Source of the DNA: Promethearchaeota archaeon Loki_b32
GTDB lineage: Archaea; Asgardarchaeota; Lokiarchaeia; Sigyniarchaeales; SOKP01
Assembly: GCA_005223125.1 (NCBI GenBank)
Contig: NJBH01000004.1
Coordinates: 100,995 to 164,994, forward strand
Reading direction: 5' to 3'
DNA length: 64,000 nucleotides
Shown: positions 57,844-64,000 of the stretch, in pieces
Numbering within the stretch: position 1 is the first letter of the stretch
Layout of the letters: every line of letters starts with the position of its first letter
The notes under the pieces: model-generated
What the model was told of the DNA's origin: nothing
Seen by the model: the letters and a program-made list of their open reading frames with translations, nothing else
Database searches by the model: none
Program-made: the position numbers and the translations under genes

Positions 57844-59970
57844 TTAAAATATTAGAAGTCCTGCTCCATTACCAAATAGCATTAAGAATCCAAGAAAGAT
57901 GGAAGCTGTTAATGACATTACTACTAGTAATGTGTTGATACTTGGACCTGCAGTGTCTTTAAATGGATCTCCTACAGTATCTCCCGTAATGGAAGCCTTA
58001 TGAGTTTCAGTACCTTTACCTCCAAGATTACCATCCTCAATCCATTTTTTTGCATTATCCCATGCTCCACCCGCATTAGACATCATAATTGCAAAGACAA
58101 AACCAGATAAAATCGCACCTGTAAGGAATGATCCTAACGCTGCCACACCAAAAAGTATTCCAACTACAATTGGAATGACTATTGAAATAATGCTCGGTAT
58201 TACTAATTCTCTTAAAGAGCCCTTTGTTGCAATATCAATCGTTCTACTAAAATCGGCAGGTTCCTCACCAGTTAATATTTTTGGATTAGATTCAAATTGT
58301 CTTCGAATCTCATCAACCATTTTACCAGCATTTCTCTGTACTGCACGAATTAATAACGCTGAAAATAATGCAGGCACAACAACCCCAATAAAAGCGCCTA
58401 TTAATACATTTAATGAAAGAAGATCCATGTATTCAATAGTCCCGGGATTAATATCATTAGCTTCTGTTGTAAATGAAAATAATAATGCAAGAACAGTCAA
58501 GTTTGCAGCTCCTATCGCAAATCCTTTAGTAATAGCTTTAGCAGTATTTCCGGCGGAATCTAAATGATCTGCTGTGCGTATTATATCATCTCCTAAATCT
58601 CCTTGTTCTGCAATAGCTCTTGCATTATCTACAATAGGTCCGTAAGCATCATTAGAAACAATAGTTCCTACTATCGCAAGCATTCCAACAGCAGCCATTG
58701 CAACCCCAAAAACACCACCTAATAGATAAGTAAATACCATAGCAAATATAATTCCAATAGCTGGTGGAACTACACTTAATAATCCATATGAAAAACCGCT
58801 CAATATAACGACAGCATGCCCCTCTTGGGCGGCTTCCGCCATTTTTCTCGTAGGCTTTCTATCAGCTCTAGTAAAATAATCACTTGTAAAACCAAGTATA
58901 ATACCAGCAAGAAGTCCTATAACAGCACATGCACATAATTTCCACAACATTGTTGCTTCTTCTCCATTTAATCCAATAACCATTATTAGAGTAAACAAAG
59001 CAGCCAAAGCTGCAAAAAATAATGTGGATAAATAAGTCCCCGTGTTTAAAGCTTTACCAGGATCATCAGATCCTTTCCATTTTATAAACAAAATACCAAG
59101 AAGCGATGCCATTAAACCTACACCGCATAAAACCACGGGAAAGATAGTATACACGAATCTTCCATATTCTGTTAAAGTAATATCCCTAATCAGAGGTAAT
59201 GTTGCAGCTAACATCATTGCTGCTATGATTGAAGCAACATAGGAGTCGAAAAGGTCACTTCCCATTCCTGCAATGTCCCCAACATTATCGCCAACATTGT
59301 CAGCGATAGTTGCTGGATTTCGTGGATCATCTTCAGGGAGATTATATTCTGCCTTCCCTACTAAATCAGCACCAACATCTGCCGTTTTTGTAAATATGCC
59401 CCCACCGCACTTCATAAAGAGGGCCACGCTGCTTGCTCCAAAACTAAATCCCAGTACTATCATAGGATCAGGTATAATCCAATATAAAACTGAAACTCCG
59501 ATTAAGGCAACTCCAACTACTGCAAGTCCCATAACAGAACCGCCAAAAAATGCTATATCAAATCCTTTTTTAGTACTAACAGTACATCCTTGAGCTGCTC
59601 GTGTATTTGCCTTAATACCAACATACATTCCTAACCAACCTGCTAGCATAGATCCAACAGCACCAATTATATAAGCTATCATCTGTTCCCAATTCAAAAC
59701 ATCAGGAAATAACCTTGTGTATGTAGTACTATCTTCAAAAGGGGATGGTAAAAACAACATAGCGACTGCAAGAGCCGCAACAAAGAAACCTAGGACCTTG
59801 TATTGGACTTTTATGTAAGTCTTCGCTCCTTCTTCAATGTAACCAGCAACTTCTTGCATTCTTTCATTACCAGGGTCTTCTTTTAAGACCAAGTATCTAA
59901 AGTACATTGCCATAGCAATTGAGAGTATCCCTGCGATTAACGCAACAATTAAAATAAATGGCACATCCAT
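57844..59970 (-). CDS. hppA: Membrane-integral proton-pumping pyrophosphatase
   Basis: IADNVGDNVGDIAGMGSDLF, DAYGPIVDNA and GNTAKAITKGFAIG. The Lys at the A/K position suggests the K+-independent type. Also GDTVGDPFKDTAGPS. Confidence 0.95.
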   Translation of the reverse strand: MDVPFILIVALIAGILSIAMAMYFRYLVLKEDPGNERMQEVAGYIEEGAKTYIKVQYKVLGFFVAALAVAMLFLPSPFEDSTTYTRLFPDVLNWEQMIAYIIGAVGSMLAGWLGMYVGIKANTRAAQGCTVSTKKGFDIAFFGGSVMGLAVVGVALIGVSVLYWIIPDPMIVLGFSFGASSVALFMKCGGGIFTKTADVGADLVGKAEYNLPEDDPRNPATIADNVGDNVGDIAGMGSDLFDSYVASIIAAMMLAATLPLIRDITLTEYGRFVYTIFPVVLCGVGLMASLLGILFIKWKGSDDPGKALNTGTYLSTLFFAALAALFTLIMVIGLNGEEATMLWKLCACAVIGLLAGIILGFTSDYFTRADRKPTRKMAEAAQEGHAVVILSGFSYGLLSVVPPAIGIIFAMVFTYLLGGVFGVAMAAVGMLAIVGTIVSNDAYGPIVDNARAIAEQGDLGDDIIRTADHLDSAGNTAKAITKGFAIGAANLTVLALLFSFTTEANDINPGTIEYMDLLSLNVLIGAFIGVVVPALFSALLIRAVQRNAGKMVDEIRRQFESNPKILTGEEPADFSRTIDIATKGSLRELVIPSIISIVIPIVVGILFGVAALGSFLTGAILSGFVFAIMMSNAGGAWDNAKKWIEDGNLGGKGTETHKASITGDTVGDPFKDTAGPSINTLLVVMSLTASIFLGFLMLFGNGAGLLIF

Positions 59971-60131
59971 AATTTTTCACTTAATTGTTAATTTTTTTTT
60001 TAGAGTTTGTGTAAATCAAATATACAATAATATCACTCAAAATTTCTTAAATCATTAAAATATTTTGAATTTTAAAGTAATATTTAATTCAATCGCAGAT
60101 TAGATTATAAAAAAGAAACTGCATAACAAAG

Positions 60132-61076
60132 GTGGAATTATTTTTGGTTTTAGAAATTTATCATATAATTATTTTGATTTTTATAGGAGCTCTGGTAGGA
60201 ATAAGTATGAGTTTTGTAGGGCAAACTGGTCAAGGAGTGGTAGTTCCTCTTATTCTTTTAATTACTGGAGATGTTCTCCTGGCAATAGCAGTTAATGTTA
60301 TAAATGATTTCATTGCTGCTACTTCTGTAGCTATTAACTATGTAAGGAAAAAGCAATATTATCTCAGTAAAAACATTATAATACTAATTATAATTTCTTT
60401 AATAGCTTCCTTTTTAGGGGTTTTAATTCTGATTACCACTCCATTAAGTACCATATTTGGATGGTTCTTACCTGCCTTCATTATTCTACTAGGGTCCACA
60501 ATTCTTTCTAAAGGGTTCCCTACTTCTGAGAGACTGAAGGAGATGGTTCATAAAATTTCTCAAAGATTTTTAAAATATAAAAAAGAAGATACAGGTTTAG
60601 AAAAAATTGAGAACATGTCCGAAAATATTGACGAGAAATCGATTAAAAATGGTGATTTTATTGAAAGTATAATTGAACCTTATTCAAAATCATTCTTTCT
60701 ATTAGCAATTATTATGGGAATTATTGTAGGGCTTAACTCAGGTATGTTCGGGGCAAATTCAGGCTTAATCATTACATTAGTCTTAATAATATTATATGGC
60801 TATCCACTTAAGAAAAGTGTAGGAACGGCTTTGATCTTAAGTATTATTATGTGCATTTTTACATTTGTTACCTATCAAATATTAGGATATACCTTTAAAG
60901 GACAGTTTTATTTTGATTTGGAACTCATAATCTATCTTGGTATAGGGTCCTTCTTAACTGGTTTTATTATCTCGAATTATGTGCAAAAGCTTTCAGCTAA
61001 GGCAATGGGAAGAGGAATGGGAGCAGCTATGATTCTATTAGGATTAATTTCGCTAATATTCTATTTTATCACTTAA
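60132..61076 (+). CDS. TSUP (TauE/SafE-like) membrane transporter
   Basis: Two hydrophobic halves separated by a charged loop, and a G-rich helix start. The start may be TTG at 60144, downstream of GGTGGA. Confidence 0.55.
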   Translation: MELFLVLEIYHIIILIFIGALVGISMSFVGQTGQGVVVPLILLITGDVLLAIAVNVINDFIAATSVAINYVRKKQYYLSKNIIILIIISLIASFLGVLILITTPLSTIFGWFLPAFIILLGSTILSKGFPTSERLKEMVHKISQRFLKYKKEDTGLEKIENMSENIDEKSIKNGDFIESIIEPYSKSFFLLAIIMGIIVGLNSGMFGANSGLIITLVLIILYGYPLKKSVGTALILSIIMCIFTFVTYQILGYTFKGQFYFDLELIIYLGIGSFLTGFIISNYVQKLSAKAMGRGMGAAMILLGLISLIFYFIT

Positions 61077-61160
61077 TAATTAAAAATGAAAAAGAATGGA
61101 CAGCAGTACTGCTGTACGGAAATAAAATTAAAATTTTATAATAAAAAAAGAAATTTAGAA

Positions 61161-61601
61161 TTAAGGAGTAACTGTTATTTGCTTCTTATCGAAATCATCA
61201 GGATTTCCTCCATCTTCAAGGAATTCTGCGAAATTTTTTAACCCTTTTAATAGTAATTCAGCAGCCTTCACGAGCATTTTTTCATTCTTCTCATCATCGA
61301 ACTCACCCCATATTGTAGCATTAACCATATCTCCTTTGGGGTTTAATATATAACCCATTGAGTTAAAAACTCCACCTTCAATCCTCATAGAAATTTTATC
61401 TGGATCAACAGTTTCGGTACGAATAGATGTAAAATCTCCTACTGTAGATTTTGCTGCATATGTATTTTCTGAAATTTTGGTTAATTCATTTACCGCGAGA
61501 TTCCATTTAGGACCAAGCATAGCGTCATCTAATATATCAAAAATTCTCTTTTGAGATGCATTAATTTCAATATTTCTCTCGACACGCACCAATACTTTCA
61601 C
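61161..61601 (-). CDS. SRPBCC family protein, paralog of 6745-7158
   Basis: IEINASQKRIFDILDD.., KWNLAVNELTK, ATIWGEFDD, and C-terminal GGNPDDFDKK shared with the paralog. Confidence 0.65.
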   Translation of the reverse strand: MKVLVRVERNIEINASQKRIFDILDDAMLGPKWNLAVNELTKISENTYAAKSTVGDFTSIRTETVDPDKISMRIEGGVFNSMGYILNPKGDMVNATIWGEFDDEKNEKMLVKAAELLLKGLKNFAEFLEDGGNPDDFDKKQITVTP

Positions 61602-61838
61602 CTTTTATTTTTAAATTGGATTAAAACTTGTGCATTATACAATTATAACAATCTCATTTATATACATTTGTGTGAGAAATATCATAATAAAAAATACTTA
61701 TTATTTCTTACAGAAATCATCTATATTTCTACCCTTTTTCAATTTTATCTCTAGTTTGAAAATTGAAAAAAAATATAAACCATTATTAAAATTATTATGT
61801 GTAAATTTGATTATAGCTAAAAGCTAAGGTGACTAAAA

Positions 61839-62783
61839 TTGTCTGATAAAAATGAAATCGAACTTGCTATTATTGGTGGTGGCCCTGCAGGATTGACAGC
61901 GGGAATTTATGGCGGAAGAATGGGTTTAAAGACTACTCTCTATGAAGGTGAAGCTTTTGGAGGTCTAGCTGGGAAAGCTCCTAAAATCGAAAACTATCCA
62001 GGATTCGGGAGTATCGGTGGTCTTGAATTAACAGAAAAAATGAGGGAACAAGCTGAAAATTGTGGAGTTTCTTTTATTTATGGTAAAGTCTCTGGGATCA
62101 ATCCAAATGAAATGACCGTTACATCATATGAAGGTGAATTAAAAGCAAAAGCTATTATAATTGCTACTGGTTCGAAGCATCAAACACTTGGATTACCTAA
62201 TGAGTTCGAATTAGCAGGTAATGGAATTTCTTACTGTGCTACTTGTGATGGTCCTCTATTTAGAGATCAAGTAGTTGCTACGGTTGGTGGTGGTAATGCA
62301 GCGGGTCTAGAAGCGATTTATCTTTCAGGTGTAGCAAGTAAAGTTTATCTGATTCATAGACGTCACTGTATGCGGGCAGAAAAAGCAATTGCAGATGAAG
62401 TTATGACGTTAGATAATGTTACAACAATGTTTAATTGTACTATTGAAGAAGCTATAACAGAAGATAATAAATTAGGGACGATAAAAATCAAAAATCATGA
62501 AACGGGGGAAGTGACTGAAATAAATACAAAAGCGCTCTTCATTGCAATAGGAGTTGAGCCACAGAGTGAATTAGCAAAAAAAGCAGGCATAGAAACTGAT
62601 GAATATAATTTTATTAAAGTTAATAGCAAGAAAGAAACCAATCTCCCGGGTATTTATGCTGCTGGAGATGTAACTGGGGGAATACGACAAATAACTACGG
62701 CAGTTGGGGAAGCAACAACTGCAACAATGAATGCATATCTATTTATTAAAAAAGGATGGTATGGAGAAGGAGAAAAAAAGTAA
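61839..62783 (+). CDS. trxB: Thioredoxin reductase (NADPH-dependent, low-Mr type)
   Basis: IIGGGPAG, redox-active CATC (ISYCATCDG), GGGNAA, HRRHCMRA and GDVTG. TTG start 6 nt after GGTGA. Confidence 0.9.
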   Translation: MSDKNEIELAIIGGGPAGLTAGIYGGRMGLKTTLYEGEAFGGLAGKAPKIENYPGFGSIGGLELTEKMREQAENCGVSFIYGKVSGINPNEMTVTSYEGELKAKAIIIATGSKHQTLGLPNEFELAGNGISYCATCDGPLFRDQVVATVGGGNAAGLEAIYLSGVASKVYLIHRRHCMRAEKAIADEVMTLDNVTTMFNCTIEEAITEDNKLGTIKIKNHETGEVTEINTKALFIAIGVEPQSELAKKAGIETDEYNFIKVNSKKETNLPGIYAAGDVTGGIRQITTAVGEATTATMNAYLFIKKGWYGEGEKK

Positions 62784-62907
62784 ACTTATTCTTGATTTAT
62801 ATTTGATAATTGCGCAAAGACTGTAACTTATATTTATGATAATCACCTAAGAAATAATAATAGATAAAATCAATCAATACTTATTTTAATACTTATAATT
62901 TATCATT

Positions 62908-63867
62908 TTGAAGTCGAATTATATGGATGAATTTAAATGTGAAGTACTAATTATTGGTAGTGGTCCAGCAGGATTAAGTGCTGGTATTTTTTGTGCCCGT
63001 GTAAACAGAGATGTAATAATTCTTGATGGTAAAGAGTTGTCAGCTCTAGAGAAGTTAAAAGAAATTCAAAATTGGCCAGGAGAAATTGATATTAAGGGAA
63101 AGCATTTATTAAAAAAATTTAGAGATCACGTTGAAAGTTATTCAGAAAATGTCAGAATTATTAAAGGTGATGTTATATCACTAATGCTTGGGATGGGAGT
63201 GAATATGATTTCGACAAGAACGGCAACTATAACCGCTGATGTTGTTATTATAGCAATAGGAAGAGGGAATCGAAAGGAAATTATTAAAGGAGAAGAATCT
63301 TTACTCGGATTTGGTGTTTCCTATTGTCCATTACGTGATCACCCACTTTATAAAGATAAAGTTGTGTATATGTATGGCAAGGATGAAGAAATGCTAGAAG
63401 AAGCATTAATTCTTAAAGAATCGGGTTGTATTGTAAATGTAATCACTGATGTTGGAATTGAAGAGTTACCTGAAAAAGTCAATGAAGTAAAACAGGCGGA
63501 TATTGAGGTTATTGAGAACATGGAAGTTATAGAAGCCGTTGCTAATGATGAGGGTATAATTCAGAAAATAATATGTAAATCTACAAAGCCAGGATCTGTA
63601 GAGAATGAGGAGATCACGGAGTTTGAGTTGAATTGTTTGTTCATCTTATCACATATCTCATCAAATTCTATTTTTAAGAAGGCAGGGATTGAATTAGATG
63701 ATAAAGGAAATATTTTTGTTGATGAAGAACAAAAAACCAATCTTAATGGAGTGTATGCTGCTGGAGATTGCACTGGGGGTCTTTTTCAGGTAGTTTTCGC
63801 CACTGCAGAAGGAGCACGAGCAGGATTAAGTGCTTGTAAATACCTTCGACAATTAAAAAAGGAATGA
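62908..63867 (+). CDS. Thioredoxin-reductase-like flavoprotein lacking the CxxC and NADPH-binding motifs
   Basis: IIGSGPAG and AAGDCTGG are retained. CATC is replaced by CPLR, GGGNAA by GKDEEM, and HRR by TDV. The start may be ATG at 62923. Confidence 0.7.
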   Translation: MKSNYMDEFKCEVLIIGSGPAGLSAGIFCARVNRDVIILDGKELSALEKLKEIQNWPGEIDIKGKHLLKKFRDHVESYSENVRIIKGDVISLMLGMGVNMISTRTATITADVVIIAIGRGNRKEIIKGEESLLGFGVSYCPLRDHPLYKDKVVYMYGKDEEMLEEALILKESGCIVNVITDVGIEELPEKVNEVKQADIEVIENMEVIEAVANDEGIIQKIICKSTKPGSVENEEITEFELNCLFILSHISSNSIFKKAGIELDDKGNIFVDEEQKTNLNGVYAAGDCTGGLFQVVFATAEGARAGLSACKYLRQLKKE

Positions 63868-63927
63868 AGCAAATATTATGTCAATATTATATCATAATAT
63901 GTATTATCACGATAATTTCCATATAAT

Positions 63928-64000
63928 ATGGAAAACTATAAAATTTCTGATTTTATAGAAGATTTCTTAATCGCGAAAAACGTAGAGGAAGGCTGCGCAT
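63928..64000 (+). CDS. 5' end of a gene running off the window (possibly a tyrosine recombinase N-terminus)
   Basis: MENYKISDFIEDFLIAKNVEEGCA.. resembles the IEEF..YL..EG(K)S start of XerA-type recombinases. Only 24 codons are visible. Confidence 0.25.
   Translation, partial: MENYKISDFIEDFLIAKNVEEGCA

Noticed and set aside
1-64000. tRNA and rRNA genes.
   Set aside because: Scanning for GC-rich 70-90-nt patches and T-loop-like GTTCGAATC / GTTCAAATC motifs found nothing convincing. A tRNAscan-type search would be needed to be certain.

Overview
This is a visibly AT-rich, gene-dense chromosomal segment that looks archaeal. It has an L10e/uL16 gene, a structured RNA that fits RNase P RNA, GGTGA Shine-Dalgarno boxes and a tnpB-only IS. 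An Asgard-type host is a reasonable guess, because of a eukaryote-type E1/E2/ubiquitin-like cassette (115-1963) and a uL16 with a eukaryote-like AGADR.Q.GMR box, but I cannot verify this. I found no rRNA, tRNA or CRISPR array.

Recognisable content, in order:
- Ubiquitylation cassette (E1, E2, ubiquitin-like gene).
- uL16.
- Envelope glycan/lipid cluster at 9.7-16.6 kb: CDP-alcohol phosphatidyltransferase, two GT2 glycosyltransferases, a LuxE-like adenylating enzyme, a membrane hexapeptide acyltransferase and UDP-galactopyranose mutase.
- Corrinoid methyltransferase pair.
- Three B12-binding radical-SAM paralogs around a tnpB.
- Methylmalonyl-CoA mutase operon (large subunit, B12 subunit, MeaB).
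- grpE/dnaK/dnaJ, glnA, SPFH protein, rubrerythrin-like protein, RNase P RNA, FAD/CCG oxidoreductases, H+-PPase, and a thioredoxin reductase next to a degenerate paralog.

Observations most worth follow-up:
1. Both paralogous beta-helix surface-protein genes sit inside segments bounded by ~72-bp imperfect direct repeats. One segment splits dnaK from dnaJ and duplicates the dnaJ upstream region. The other is a 5-kb island full of gene remnants that also carries a MIF-family tautomerase.
2. Two conserved genes have an N-terminus and a GGTGA-N6 spacing that point to non-canonical start codons: ATC for uL16 and CTG for a small zinc-ribbon protein.
3. Three otherwise intact genes are each interrupted by a single in-frame TAA.
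4. The Ub cassette has no E3 or deubiquitinase in view.

All function calls rest on motifs read by eye. No database search was possible.
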